Shown here: positions 31,995 to 42,473 of the stretch, piece after piece
How positions within the stretch are numbered: position 1 is the stretch's first letter
Layout: each line of letters begins with the position of its first letter
NCBI GenBank assembly: GCA_963750165.1
Contig: CAVVPN010000003.1
Location: forward strand, 2,816,001-2,880,000
From: an uncultured Gemmataceae bacterium
Lineage (GTDB): Bacteria > Planctomycetota > Planctomycetia > Gemmatales > Gemmataceae
Reading direction: 5' to 3'
DNA: 64,000 nucleotides
The notes under the pieces: generated by a model
The model's input: only the letters and a program-made list of their open reading frames with translations
What the model was told of the DNA's origin: nothing
Database searches by the model: none
Translations under genes and position numbers: made by a program

Positions 31995-32750
31995 TTAGAC
32001 CTTTTCCGTCACCAGCGTGCCGATGGTATGGCCGGCAATGGCCCGTTCGATGTTGCCTTCGCGCTTGAAATTGAACACCAGGATCGGCAGTTTCGCCGCC
32101 CGGCACAGGTCGATGGCGGCGGTGTCCATCACCCGCAAATTATCGCGGATCACCTGGTCGTAAGTCAACTTCTCGTAGCGCACCGCGTGTGGGTTCAGCT
32201 CCGGGTCGGCGCTGTAGACGCCATCGACCTTCGTCGCCTTGAGCAGGATGTCGGCCTGCAGCTCGCAGGCGCGCAGGGCGGCGGCGGTGTCGGTCGTCAC
32301 GAAGGGGTTGCCGGTGCCGCCGGCCAGGATCACGATGCGGCCCTTCTCCAGGTGCCGGGTACAGCGGCGGCGGATGTACGGCTCGGCCACGCTCTCCATG
32401 CGGATGGCGGTCTGCAACCGCGTCTCGCAGTTCAGGCTCTCCAAAGCGTCCTGCAGCGCCAGACCGTTCAGGATGGTGGCGAGCATGCCCATGTGGTGGG
32501 CGGTGGCCTGCTTGATGACATCGCCGCCGGCGCTGAACTGGGCGCCGCGCAGGATGTTGCCGGCCCCCACCACAATCGCCAGCTGCACGCCGCGCTCCAG
32601 CACACGCTTGGCCGTGCGCGCGATGTTCAGCGTCTCGTCGATGCTGATGCCGCTCTTGCCGACGTAGCCGAAGCCCTCGCCGCTGAGCTTCAATATGACG
32701 CGGTGGTACTTCGGTTTCAACGGATCAACGGCGGGTTGAGAATCGTCCAT
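31995..32750 (-). CDS. pyrH: UMP kinase
   Basis: [42 protein letters not shown]. Confidence 0.97.
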   Translation of the reverse strand: MDDSQPAVDPLKPKYHRVILKLSGEGFGYVGKSGISIDETLNIARTAKRVLERGVQLAIVVGAGNILRGAQFSAGGDVIKQATAHHMGMLATILNGLALQDALESLNCETRLQTAIRMESVAEPYIRRRCTRHLEKGRIVILAGGTGNPFVTTDTAAALRACELQADILLKATKVDGVYSADPELNPHAVRYEKLTYDQVIRDNLRVMDTAAIDLCRAAKLPILVFNFKREGNIERAIAGHTIGTLVTEKV

Positions 32751-32813
32751 CAGGGTGCCTGGGGTTGCGGAGTGGGTATCACTCTCGCCATTGTAGCGGC
32801 GGCGGCGAATCAA

Positions 32814-32885
32814 GGCGAGCGGGGTCGCGTCAGCGCCCCGTGCGCGCTATCGAGCGCACGGGGCGCTGACGCGACCCCGCTCGCC
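32814..32885. repeat. REP-like palindrome, family B
   Basis: Perfect 32-bp arms GGCGAGCGGGGTCGCGTCAGCGCCCCGTGCGC with an 8-nt loop, between divergent pyrH and ptsP promoters. Confidence 0.9.
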
Positions 32886-32893
32886 CCGGCCGT

Positions 32894-32922
32894 TTGACGC
32901 TCTGCGCATCGCTTGTTAGAGT
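32894..32922 (+). promoter_or_regulatory. Sigma70 promoter of ptsP (predicted leaderless transcript)
   Basis: TTGACG-17 nt-TAGAGT with extended TG; ATG begins 7 nt after the -10 box; no Shine-Dalgarno. Confidence 0.65.
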
Positions 32923-32928
32923 GAAATC

Positions 32929-34689
32929 ATGAAGAAAGGTGTGCCGGTGTCGCCGGGTGTGGCCGTCGCCCGCGCTTACTGCGTGGACGAGGTGCTGGCC
33001 CGCCGCGAACCCAGTAAACTCGACGAAGCCGCCCTGTCCGACGAGGTCGTTCGGTTCGACCACGCCTGCGCCGCCGCGGCCAGGGAACTGGACGCTATCG
33101 TCGCGCGCGTGCAGCTCCCAGGTCGGCGACGAGGCGGCCGCCATCTTCCAGGCCCACCGCCTGCTGCTACGCGACCCCGTACTCACCGCACGCGTCAAGA
33201 ATGCCATCCTCACCCAGCACGTCGATGCCCGCACCGCCCTGCACGACGTGCTCGACGAGTACGCCGCCCTCTTCGGCCAGATCAAGGACGAGTACCTCAA
33301 GGAACGCATGGCCGACATCCGTGATGTCATCGGCCGCGTCATCGCCCAGCTGGCTCTGCAGCAGGATGGCCATCGCCACACCCTGGAAGTCAACGAACCC
33401 GTCATCATCGTCGCCCCGGAAATCCTGCCGTCGCAGGCGCTGACGTTCGACCGGCTGCAGGTGGCCGGCATCATCACCGAGGCCGGCGGCACCACCGGCC
33501 ACGCCGCCATCCTGGCGCGGTCGCTCGGCATCCCCGCGGTCTCGGGCCTGCGCGGCATCCTGCGTGAAGTGCAGACCGGCGACCTGATCGCCCTGGACGG
33601 CCGCGAGGGACACGTCTATCTGCGGCCGGGCGCCGAGGTGGAGGCGGCCTACCGCAAGCTGCAGCGCGAGTACGTGGACATGCGCGACCGGCTGATCGAG
33701 AACCGCGATCAGGAGCCGGTGACGCGCGACGGCGAAGCCGTGCGAGCTGCTGGCCAACGTCAACGGGCCGCCGGATGCGTTCATGGCGGTCAAGGCGGGG
33801 GCCTGTGGCGTCGGCCTGTACCGCACCGAATACCTGTTCCTGACGCATCCGACGGTGCCGTCGGAGGAGGAGCAGCTGGCGGCATACCGGGCGGTGATCG
33901 AGGCGGCGCCGAACCGTACCGTGACGATCCGCACGCTGGACCTGGGCGGCGACAAGCACGTGGCGTACCTGAACCCGCTGCACGAGGCCAACCCGTTCAT
34001 GGGCTGGCGCAGCATCCGCCTGAGCGGCGCCTACCCGGAGTTCTTCCAAACGCAGTTGCGCGCCATCCTGCGCGCGGGACTGCACGGTCAGATCAGCCTG
34101 CTGTTCCCCATGATTAGCACCGTCGAGGAGGTGCAGCGCCTCAAGCGCGATGCTCAAGCGCACCCGGCAGGCGCTGCGGCGGGCGGCGGTGCCGTTCAGC
34201 GAGGACGTGCCGGTCGGCATCATGATCGAGGTGCCGGCGGCGGCGCTGTGCATCGACACGCTGCTGCAAGAGGTCGATTTCGTCAGCATCGGTTCCAACG
34301 ACCTGATCCAGTACGTCATGGCCGCCGACCGCGACAACCCCAAGGTGGCGCACCTGTGCGAGCCGTTCACCCCGGCCATCATGAAGCTGCTGGCGTACGT
34401 CATCCGGGCGTGCAACGCCCACGGCAAGCCGGTGACGCTGTGCGGCGAAATGGCCGGCCGGCCGCGCTGCTTCCTGCCGCTGTTCGGCATGGGACTGCGC
34501 CGCTTCAGCATGAGCCCGGCGTTCGTGCCGTCGATCAAGGAGATGGTGCGCCGCACGCAGCGCGAACTGGCCGAGGAGGTCGCCGAGCGTGTGCAAGCGA
34601 TGAAGACCGTCGGCGAGGTGCGCGGCTACCTGACCAAACAGACAAAATCCCTGTGCCCGAATGTTGCCTTTCTGGACGTGCGGCAGTAA
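32929..34689 (+). CDS. ptsP: PEP-protein phosphotransferase (PTS enzyme I), frameshifts near 33115, 33745 and 34150
   Basis: G.PVSPGVA, GGTTGHAAILARSLGIPAV (phospho-His), GVGLYRTE, RTLDLGGDK, EANPFMGWRSIR, SIGSNDLIQY, CGEMAG. Confidence 0.93.
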
Positions 34690-34724
34690 TTTACCTACAC
34701 CCTTGACGTTTCGCTGCCAGCGCC

Positions 34725-34847
34725 CTCGCTCCCACGCGGAGCGTGGGAACGCATGGTTGCGACGCTCCGCGTCGCGCCTGCCCAGCGGTGGGGACGGGAT
34801 GCAGAGCGTCCCAGGACTCGCATTCCCACGCGGAGCGTGGGAACGAG
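34725..34847. repeat. REP/MITE-like element, family D
   Basis: Two copies of TCCCACGCGGAGCGTGGGAACG flanking GACGCTCCGCGTC / GCAGAGCGTCC hairpins. Confidence 0.85.
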
Positions 34848-35107
34848 GAAACCGATTCCGCAGTTGCAACACACCTTTGGCACACGATTTTTCGTGTTTT
34901 CCGGGGTGTTTTGATACTACAATTAGGGTCGGGCTGCCGATTCTGGCGACCCTACCAACGACACAAACTTTGCCAGCAGACGCAGCCTCTTGGGAGGCGA
35001 GAAGGCTGAGCGAAAAGCAAAAAACTCCTTGAAGTTGGGACGGGTGCCGATATATTTTCATATCTCCACCCGAAACGGGTCGTTTCTCGTGTTTTGAGGG
35101 GACGTTT

Positions 35108-35302
35108 ATGTCGAGTAGCGTGATGGCGGAGTTGGATTTCATCGAAGAGTTGCGGTTGCGGCGCTGGGCGCGGGAACATTACGTCCCGGCCGGCCAGCGG
35201 GAGCACAACTGGCACCCGGTCGTGCATGAGGAGATGGAGAAGAAGGATCAGGAGGGCGATCCCCGCCTGGCTGGCCTGTCGTACGCCTGGACCAAGAGCT
35301 GA
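35108..35302 (+). CDS. Small hypothetical protein (64 aa)
   Basis: RBS GAGGGG; LDFIEELRLRRWAREHYVP...WHPVVHEEM looks protein-like; fills an otherwise empty gap. Confidence 0.7.
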   Translation: MSSSVMAELDFIEELRLRRWAREHYVPAGQREHNWHPVVHEEMEKKDQEGDPRLAGLSYAWTKS

Positions 35303-35463
35303 CCACCCCGTCCACGCCGACCCGAGGCCCCGACCTCTCCCGAATTCGGCCGCCTCGGGTCATGGTTTTTCCAACCCGCAGTAAACTCAGCGACATCCTA
35401 CCAACCGCGGTTCCCCGCGGCGGCGCACCCGGTGCGCCGGCGTTTTCCCGGAGGGCCTGATTC

Positions 35464-36642
35464 ATGGGCTTCTTTTCCGGCGCCTCACCTGCGCCCGTTA
35501 CCGCGTCGCCGGCGCCGCCCCGCGCGCCTTCGGCCCTGACGAACTGCAAAAACTGGACGCTGCGGCCATCGGCAAGCAGCGCGTGGTCAGCGCCGATGGC
35601 GTGCAGGCCGGCTGGACTGCCGGCGACCACATCCTCGACACGCGCTTCGACCTGGCCAAGAACGTCAGCAACGACACGCTGCACTTCGCCCTGCGCGTGG
35701 ATGCCCAGAAGATCCCGGGTGAGTTGCTGCGCGCCTACACGCAGGTGGAGCTGGAGGCGCAGGCGGCGGCCAACCCGAGCGGCCGGCCCAGCGCCCGCCA
35801 GCGCCGCGAGGCGCGCGAGACGGCCCGTGAGCGCCTCGAAGCCGAGGCCGCCGACGGTCGCTTCCTGCGCCGCCAGGCGTTCGAGCTGCTCTGGGATGCG
35901 CAGTCGAACGAGCTGCTGGTCGGCACCACAGCGATCACGATGATCGACCGGCTGCACACGCTGTTCCAGCAGACGTTCGGCCGCGGTTTCGAGATGCTGA
36001 GCGCCGGCCGCCAGGCGTTCGCCCAGGCGGAGACGCGCAACCAGACACGCGGCGTCGATGACGCCTTGCCGGCGGTGTTCCTGCCCGGCGTCAGCACGGC
36101 CGAAATCGCGTGGCTGCCGGACGAGAACAACCGTGACTACCTGGGCAACGAATTTTTGCTGTGGTTGTGGTACGTGCTGGAGAACGAGTCGGACACGTTG
36201 ACGCTGGCGGACGGTTCCGAGGCGGCGGTGATGCTGGCGCGGACGCTGGTGCTGGAGTGTCCGCGTGGCGTGTCGGGCAAGGAGAGCATCAGCAGCGATG
36301 GACCGACACGGTTGCCGGAGGCGCTGCGGGCGATCCAGTCGGGCAAGCTGCCGCGCAAGGTCGGCCTGACGGTGGTGCGGCACGACCAGCAGTACGAACT
36401 GACGTTGCAGGCGGAGACGCTGGCGATCTCCGGCGCCCGGCTGCCGCCGCCGGAGGGCGACGACGAGCGCGCCCGCCTGGACGAGCGCGTGACGCAGCCT
36501 GCGGCACTTCCTGGAGACGCTGGATTTGCTGTACGACGCCTTCGGGGCGCGGCGGTTCGGCGCCGGCTGGTCCAAGGATCTGGCTCGCATTCAGAAGTGG
36601 CTCAGCCGTGACGAGCGCAGCCGGCTGTCCGGAGTCGGTTAG
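35464..36642 (+). CDS. RdgC-like DNA-binding/recombination-associated protein, frameshifts near 35490 and 36500
   Basis: MGFFSG start; GW...HILDT.FD, FALRVDA.KIP, LGNEFLLWLW, EA..A..SGK.PRK; ends TAG at 36642. Confidence 0.7.
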
Positions 36643-36649
36643 TCAGGAT

Positions 36650-36726
36650 GAGGGCGTGAGGGGTGACGTACAGCGGCGGACCTGTGTTTCACCCCCTCAC
36701 CTCTTCACCTTGTCACCCCCTCACCG
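36650..36726. repeat. TCACC-rich low-complexity REP-like element
   Basis: GTGAGGGGTGA opposite TCACCCCCTCACCTCTTCACCTTGTCACCCCCTCACC. Confidence 0.6.
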
Positions 36727-36773
36727 CCTGCTAGGATTCCTCCAAACCCTCGCCCGCACCACAGGCCGTTGTC

Positions 36774-37553
36774 ATGCCCATCGAAATCGTCTGCGAATCC
36801 TGCTCGGCCCGGCTGCGCGTCGCCGACGAGCACCAGGGCAAGACTGTGCGCTGCCCGAAATGCAAGAAGCCGATCCCGGTGCCCACGGCCCCGGTTCCTG
36901 AAGTTCTGGAGGACACCCTCGAAACTGACCTGGAACTGGTCCGGCCAGGAGAAGACCCCTTCGCGCACCTCGACGAGGTGGACGAAAAGGTGCAGCAGCT
37001 GATTACCGACGAGCTGGAGCGCGACGAGCAAGTCATCTGGGTCGGCCGGCCGCCAGAGGACGAGTACAAGTCCAATCCGGTCCTGCTGTACATCATCGGC
37101 GGGGTGAGCGGGGTGCTTTCTCTGTCGTGTTTGGGAATGCCCTTCTGCTGCATGGGCTTGAACACCGGGGACCGGTTCACATCCCACCCCATGGCCTGGA
37201 TTGTGTTTATCGGCGGCTTCCTCCTCCTGGCCGCGATGGCCGGCGCGGTGACTTACGCCGCCGCGTACATGCCGAACCACATCGCCCGCCGGCCGTGCTA
37301 CGTGCTCACCGACCGCCGTATCCTGGCCACCGAGGGCGTCAAAACGCTCAAGATCGCGCCGGCCACGTACATCGCCAAGATGCGCCGCCAGGATTTGCCC
37401 AGGCGGCGCGGCCACGGCAACCTGCACATCCCCATCAAGGCCAGCGGCTACGACGACGCCCGCATCAAACTCGACACCATCCCGGACGTGGCGGCCGTCG
37501 AGCAGCTGATCCGCGACGTGCTGCTGGAGGGCAAACGGCCGCCAGGGCGCTGA
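36774..37553 (+). CDS. Zinc-ribbon, two-TM, PH-like domain membrane protein
   Basis: MPIEIVCESC..RCPKC; E.VIWVGRP; YVLTDRRI; upstream TTGTCA-16-TAGGAT promoter-like motif. Confidence 0.8.
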   Translation: MPIEIVCESCSARLRVADEHQGKTVRCPKCKKPIPVPTAPVPEVLEDTLETDLELVRPGEDPFAHLDEVDEKVQQLITDELERDEQVIWVGRPPEDEYKSNPVLLYIIGGVSGVLSLSCLGMPFCCMGLNTGDRFTSHPMAWIVFIGGFLLLAAMAGAVTYAAAYMPNHIARRPCYVLTDRRILATEGVKTLKIAPATYIAKMRRQDLPRRRGHGNLHIPIKASGYDDARIKLDTIPDVAAVEQLIRDVLLEGKRPPGR

Positions 37554-37558
37554 ATGGC

Positions 37559-37634
37559 AGCGCTAAGCCGCAAGCGGCAGAACAGCAGGGATGGCGCTTC
37601 ACCCCAGAGGTTCTGCCGCTTGCGGCTTAGCGCT
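37559..37634. repeat. REP-like palindrome, family C
   Basis: 25-bp arms AGCGCTAAGCCGCAAGCGGCAGAAC; the right arm contains the stop codon of the convergent gene. Confidence 0.9.
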
Positions 37635-38223
37635 CGGCCGCCTGGAATTTTTCCAGTTCCACAAGGATTTCCACCTCGCGGTTCTTGACGATCTGCTTGA
37701 CCATGCCGACGTTGGCGGCGTACCAGGTCGTGATCGCGGTCTTCTCGCCGCCCACCTTGAGGTCGGTGGTGGTGACCTTGAGGGCTCGATAGGGCTTGCC
37801 GCGCACGGTGACCGCCTCGAACTCCTGGGAGTACCGGCCCTGCAGTTCCTGACCGGCGGTGCGCGACTGCACCTGCCAGTGCGCGTCCTTTTTGGCCGGC
37901 ACCTTGCACAGGCACAGCGGCGGCAGCAGGTCAAAGGCGTTGGCGCGGAAGCGGTAGACGCCATCGGGCCGCACGCCGACGTACTCGACCACGGTGGTGC
38001 CGTCGCCCTTCGTCTCCAGGCGGGCGCACCACTGCTTGTCGATCAGTTCGTGCTTGACCACGCGCGTGACCAGGGTGCGCGGGCCGACGCGATACTCCCA
38101 GCGATTGCTGACCTGGAGCGGGAAATAGGGCGAGTCCTTGAAGCCCTGCTTGTCGGCCTGGGCCGCGGCGGACGGCAGCCCCAGCGCCAGGGCGGCGACC
38201 AGCAGGACGGCGGTACGGGGCAT
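37627..38223 (-). CDS. Secreted hypothetical beta-rich protein
   Basis: Signal peptide AAA|Q; YFPLQV..RWEY; E.VTV, TTWYA.NVG.VK pattern. Confidence 0.75.
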   Translation of the reverse strand: MPRTAVLLVAALALGLPSAAAQADKQGFKDSPYFPLQVSNRWEYRVGPRTLVTRVVKHELIDKQWCARLETKGDGTTVVEYVGVRPDGVYRFRANAFDLLPPLCLCKVPAKKDAHWQVQSRTAGQELQGRYSQEFEAVTVRGKPYRALKVTTTDLKVGGEKTAITTWYAANVGMVKQIVKNREVEILVELEKFQAAER

Positions 38224-38256
38224 GTGGGGCACCTCGAACGGGGAATCGCCACAGGG

Positions 38257-40548
38257 CTAGCGCGTCGCCAGCAGCTCGCGCACCACGCGGCCCGGCGACA
38301 TCGGCAGTTCGTACAGGCGCACGCCGACCGCCCGGTAAATGGCGTTGGCCAGCGCCGCGGGCGGCGGCACGATCGGCACCTCACCGACGCCGCGCACGCC
38401 ATAGGGGTGGTGCGGGTTCGGCACCTCCACCAGCACCGCGTCGATCATTGGCAGGTCCAGGCTCGTCGGCATGCGATAATCGAGATAGCTGGCGTTGGTC
38501 ATCTGGCCCTTGTCGTTGTAGACGTACTCCTCGTTCAGGCCCCAGCCGATGCCCTGCACCGCGCCGCCCTGAATCTGCCCCTCGACGTAGCTGGGGTGGA
38601 TGGCGGTGCCCACGTCCTGCACCGCCGTGTAACGCAGGATGGTCACCTTGCCCGTTTCCGCATCGACCTCCACATCGACAATGTGCGTGGCGAACGCGCC
38701 GCCGGCGCCGGGCGGATCGACGCTGGCGCGGCCGACGACCGTGCCGCCGGTGTGGTGCAGCTTCGCGGCCAGTTCCTTGAACGTGAAGTGCTTCGCCGGA
38801 TCGCTCTGGCAGGTCAGCACACCGCGCTCGTACTTCACGTCCGCCGGCGACGTGCCCCAGAGGTGCGCCGCCCGCGCCGCCAGCTGCCGCTTGATGTCCT
38901 GCGCCGCCTCGTAGGCGGCCCAGCCAGTGGCGAAGGTGACACGACTGCCGCCGGTCACGTCGGTGTAGCCGACCATGTCCGTGTCCGCCACCACCGGCTT
39001 CACGTCCTCCGCCCGGATGCCGAGCGCTTCCGCCAGCTGCATCGCAATCGACGTGCGCGTGCCGCCGATGTCGGTCGAGCCCTCGACCAGGCTGACGCTG
39101 CCATCGGCGTTGACGCTGGCGGTGGCGCTGGACTTCAGGCCAATGTTGAACCAGAAGCCCGACGCGACGCCGCGGCCGCGGGGTCTGGTCGGGAGACCAG
39201 ACCCCAACGAGGGGAGCGGGGTCTGGTAGTGCGGATGCTGCCGGGCCGCCTCGACCGTCTCCAGCATGCCGATGCGCGGATACACCGGGCCGTCCGCGCG
39301 GCGGGTGCCCTCGCGGGCGCCGTTGCGCAGCCGGAAGTCAAGCGGGTCGATGCCCAGCTGCTCGCACAGTTCATCGACGACGGTCTCGGCGGCGAAGGCG
39401 GCGTTGGTGGCGCCGGGCGCCCGGTACGCGCTGGTGGCCGGCTTGTTGACCACCACATCGTAACCGTCAATGGTGACATTGGGGATGTCATAACACGCGA
39501 AGACGCACATGGCCCCCGGGCCGACGGGCGACCCAGGGTAAGCGCCGGCCTCGTAAGCGAGGTACGCCTCCGCGGCGGTCAGGCGGCCGTTCTTATCGGC
39601 GCCCAGCTTGACGCGGATGAACGAGCCGGGCGTCGGGCCGGTGCCCTCGAACACGTCGGCACGGCTCATGAGCACCTTGACCGGCTTGCCGGCCTTGCGG
39701 CTCAGCAGCGCCGCCACGGGTTCGAGGTAGACGCGAATCTTGCCGCCGAAGCCGCCGCCGATTTCCATCGGCACAACCTTGATGCGCGACACGGGCATTT
39801 GCAGCAACTCCGCCACCTGGGCGCGGACGGTGAACGCGCCCTGCGTGCTGCACCAGATGGTGAGCGCGCCGTCGGCGTTCCACAGCGCCGTGGCGTTGTG
39901 CGGCTCGATGTAGCCCTGGTGGACGGTTGCGGTGCGGAAGCTGCGCTCGATGACCAGGGCCGCCTCGGCGAAGCCCTTGGTGGTGTCGCCGAGCTTGAAC
40001 TGAAAGTGCTTGGCGATGTTGGAGCCCTTGCCGGCGGCGCCGTTGGGGCCGGGCTGCTGGGCCAGCGACTCGGTGCGCAGGCCGGGGTGCAGCAGGGGAG
40101 CCTCGGGCCGCATGGCCGCGAGCACGTCGGTGACGGCCGGCAGCGGTTCGTAGTCCACCTCAATCAGCGCCAGCGCCTCCTCGGCGACGTGCGGGTTGCT
40201 GGCGGCGACGGCGGCGATGGCGTGGCCCTTGTACAGCACCTTTTCGCGAGCCAGGGTATTGCAGCTCAGGTGACGCAGGTTGATGGCGCCCTCGCCCAGC
40301 TCGGCGATGCGGTCGCCAGGCTCGGGCAGGTCCTGGGCGGTGACGACCGCCTCGACGCCGGGCAGCGCCAGTGCCTTGTTGACGTTGATGCCGCGGACGT
40401 GGGCGTGCGCGTGTGGACTGCGCAGGACGCGGCCGTGCAGCAGACCGGCCAGCTGCAGGTCGGCGCCGTAGAGGGCGCGACCGGTCACCTTGTCGAGGCC
40501 GTCGTGGCGGATGGGGCGTGTGCCGATCACCTGGTAGGGGGTGCTCAC
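38257..40548 (-). CDS. Xanthine dehydrogenase-family molybdopterin-binding (large) subunit
   Basis: DKVTGRALY.AD, LRSPHAHA, QGYIEP, IGGGFGGK, AYRAPG, GQIQGG.VQG.G, GVGEVP..P; GTG start at 40548. Confidence 0.93.
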   Translation of the reverse strand: MSTPYQVIGTRPIRHDGLDKVTGRALYGADLQLAGLLHGRVLRSPHAHAHVRGINVNKALALPGVEAVVTAQDLPEPGDRIAELGEGAINLRHLSCNTLAREKVLYKGHAIAAVAASNPHVAEEALALIEVDYEPLPAVTDVLAAMRPEAPLLHPGLRTESLAQQPGPNGAAGKGSNIAKHFQFKLGDTTKGFAEAALVIERSFRTATVHQGYIEPHNATALWNADGALTIWCSTQGAFTVRAQVAELLQMPVSRIKVVPMEIGGGFGGKIRVYLEPVAALLSRKAGKPVKVLMSRADVFEGTGPTPGSFIRVKLGADKNGRLTAAEAYLAYEAGAYPGSPVGPGAMCVFACYDIPNVTIDGYDVVVNKPATSAYRAPGATNAAFAAETVVDELCEQLGIDPLDFRLRNGAREGTRRADGPVYPRIGMLETVEAARQHPHYQTPLPSLGSGLPTRPRGRGVASGFWFNIGLKSSATASVNADGSVSLVEGSTDIGGTRTSIAMQLAEALGIRAEDVKPVVADTDMVGYTDVTGGSRVTFATGWAAYEAAQDIKRQLAARAAHLWGTSPADVKYERGVLTCQSDPAKHFTFKELAAKLHHTGGTVVGRASVDPPGAGGAFATHIVDVEVDAETGKVTILRYTAVQDVGTAIHPSYVEGQIQGGAVQGIGWGLNEEYVYNDKGQMTNASYLDYRMPTSLDLPMIDAVLVEVPNPHHPYGVRGVGEVPIVPPPAALANAIYRAVGVRLYELPMSPGRVVRELLATR

Positions 40549-40632
40549 GGGGGGTCTTCCGTTGGGTTGGGGCGAGCGGTTGCCGCTGCGGGTTGTTATC
40601 GGAAATGCTCGCGAGACGGGCAAGGCAGCGGA

Positions 40633-40780
40633 CCCCAGTTGTGGCGTGGTCCCCCAGTTGTGGCGTGGTCTCCGGACCACGCCACCGGGCCGAACCGAAG
40701 GTCTCCCCACCTTCCGGCGCCTGAAGAGGAGACCTTCGGTCGCAGCCGTGGCCCGGTCAGGAGACCGGGCCACAACTGGG
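40633..40780. mobile_element. MITE/REP-like element with terminal inverted repeats and a duplicated left end
   Basis: CCCAGTTGTGGC ... GCCACAACTGGG ends; internal CCGAAGGTCTCC / GGAGACCTTCGG; 19-nt CCCCAGTTGTGGCGTGGTC in tandem at 40633 and 40652. Confidence 0.75.
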
Positions 40781-40812
40781 AATGCTCCGAACCGCCAGCG
40801 GCAGTCAAGGGA

Positions 40813-42473
40813 CTACTTCTGCAACTTCTCCAGCAACTTATTCGTGTCCTTGCGTAACTGCTCGTAAATCGCCATGTCCTGGCTGAGCGTGCGCAGCTGC
40901 GTCATCACCGCCGGCGTCTCGTTGATCCACTTGCGGCCGGCGGTCGTGGAGGCCATCTGCGACAGCGACTGCACCGCCATGACGCGGCCGTCGCCAATGC
41001 GCTTCTCCGTCACCTTCGCGCCGCCGATGGTCTTCTCGGCACTGCTGCCTTCCACCTTGCCGCCGGTGCCGGCGTAAATCTGAATCTTGTCGTCGCGGAG
41101 GAACTCCAGCAGCACGTCCATCGTCGCCTTCGGTGCCTTGTCGCGCTCGAAGATGCCCAGCAGGTAGGCACAATCGTAGCGAAGCATCTTGGCGTCGGGC
41201 TCACGGGCGTCGGTCATGAGCTTGGCCATCGCCGGGAACAGACCGGGGATGTCCACCATCTTCTCCCGATGGACGCGCAGGGCCCACAACGCCCGCTCAC
41301 GCACGCGCATCGGAGCGGCCGGATCCTCGATGACCTTCAGCAGCCCCGGAGCCGCGGTCTTCGCCGCCGGCACTGGCCCGATCCGCGACAGCGCCACCGC
41401 CGCGTCGGCGCGCACCTCCATCCGCTCGCCGGCGTCCTGCACCATTGCCGCCAGGTCCGGCACCGCCTTCTCGGCATGCACTTCCAGACCGCCCAGCGCG
41501 ACGGCAGCGTAGCGACGCATTTCCGCGTCCCTGTCCTTCAACGCCCGTTGCAGGTCCGGGGCGGCCTCCGCGGCGTAGGTGCCGATGTTCTTCAGCGCCG
41601 CGCACGCCTTCTTGCGATACTCCAGGTCGCCGGTGTTGAGCAGCCCACGCAGCAGCGGCACGGCCTGCTTGCCCGTTTCGCCGCCGATGTTGCCCAGGGC
41701 CATGGCCGCGTTGTTGCGCACCTCCGCGTCGCTGTCGCCCAGCGCCGCGATCAGCGGCCCGGCCTTTTTGGCGTCTTCCGGCGTCACCAGCCGTACCAGC
41801 GCCAGCACCGCCGCCCGCCGCAACTCGCCATCCCTGTCGTTGCAGCACGCCAGCAGGGCGTCCAGGGCCTTGCGGCCCTTGTCGGCATCGTGCTCGGCGA
41901 CCGCGTTGGCCGCGTTCATTTTCACCTGCGGATCGGCGTCGCCGAGCAACTTCGTCAGCACGCCAACGTTATCGTTGCCGACCTGGCCCAGCGCCCAGGC
42001 GACGTTCTGACGCACGCCCACGCTGGCGTTGCCGGCCTGGCCGCGCAGCGCTGTCAGGATGGCCGGCGTCTCACGGCCCATGGTGCCCAGCGCCACCGCG
42101 GCGCTGCGCTGCACGGCCGGGTCGGGGGACCGGTTCAGCGCGTCGCACAGCGCGTTCTGGGCCTCGGGCGTCGGCGGGACACCGCTCTTGGAGCAGATTT
42201 CGCCCAGGGCGTAGGCCGCGGCTTCCTGCACCCGGGCGTCCTTGTCGTTGCGCAGCGTGGCGACCAGCTGCGGCAGCGCCGGCTGCGCCGGCGGCCCGAG
42301 CTTGCCCAGCGCGAAGGCGGCAGCGCGGCGAGCGCGGGCGTCGCCGGCATTCAGGTCGGTGGACCACTGCTTCCAGCCCTTGCCCAGAAACTCCTGCGCC
42401 GGCGCGGCGCCGGGGCTGCGATCAGCCCCAGGACGCCGAGCAGCAGCGCCGCCCTCCAGGTACGGCGGGTCAT
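40813..42473 (-). CDS. Secreted HEAT/PBS-lyase repeat protein, frameshift near 42410
   Basis: Signal peptide MTRRTWRAALLLG; repeated D.D..VR..AA.ALG; ATG overlaps the upstream stop (ATGA). Confidence 0.88.

Noticed and set aside
34877..34895. TGGCAC as a sigma54 promoter (also at ~27367 and ~51005)
   Set aside because: No correctly spaced -12 GC element
40549..40773. N-terminal extension of the Mo-hydroxylase ORF
   Set aside because: It is read-through of the MITE-like element; family similarity begins at about 40548
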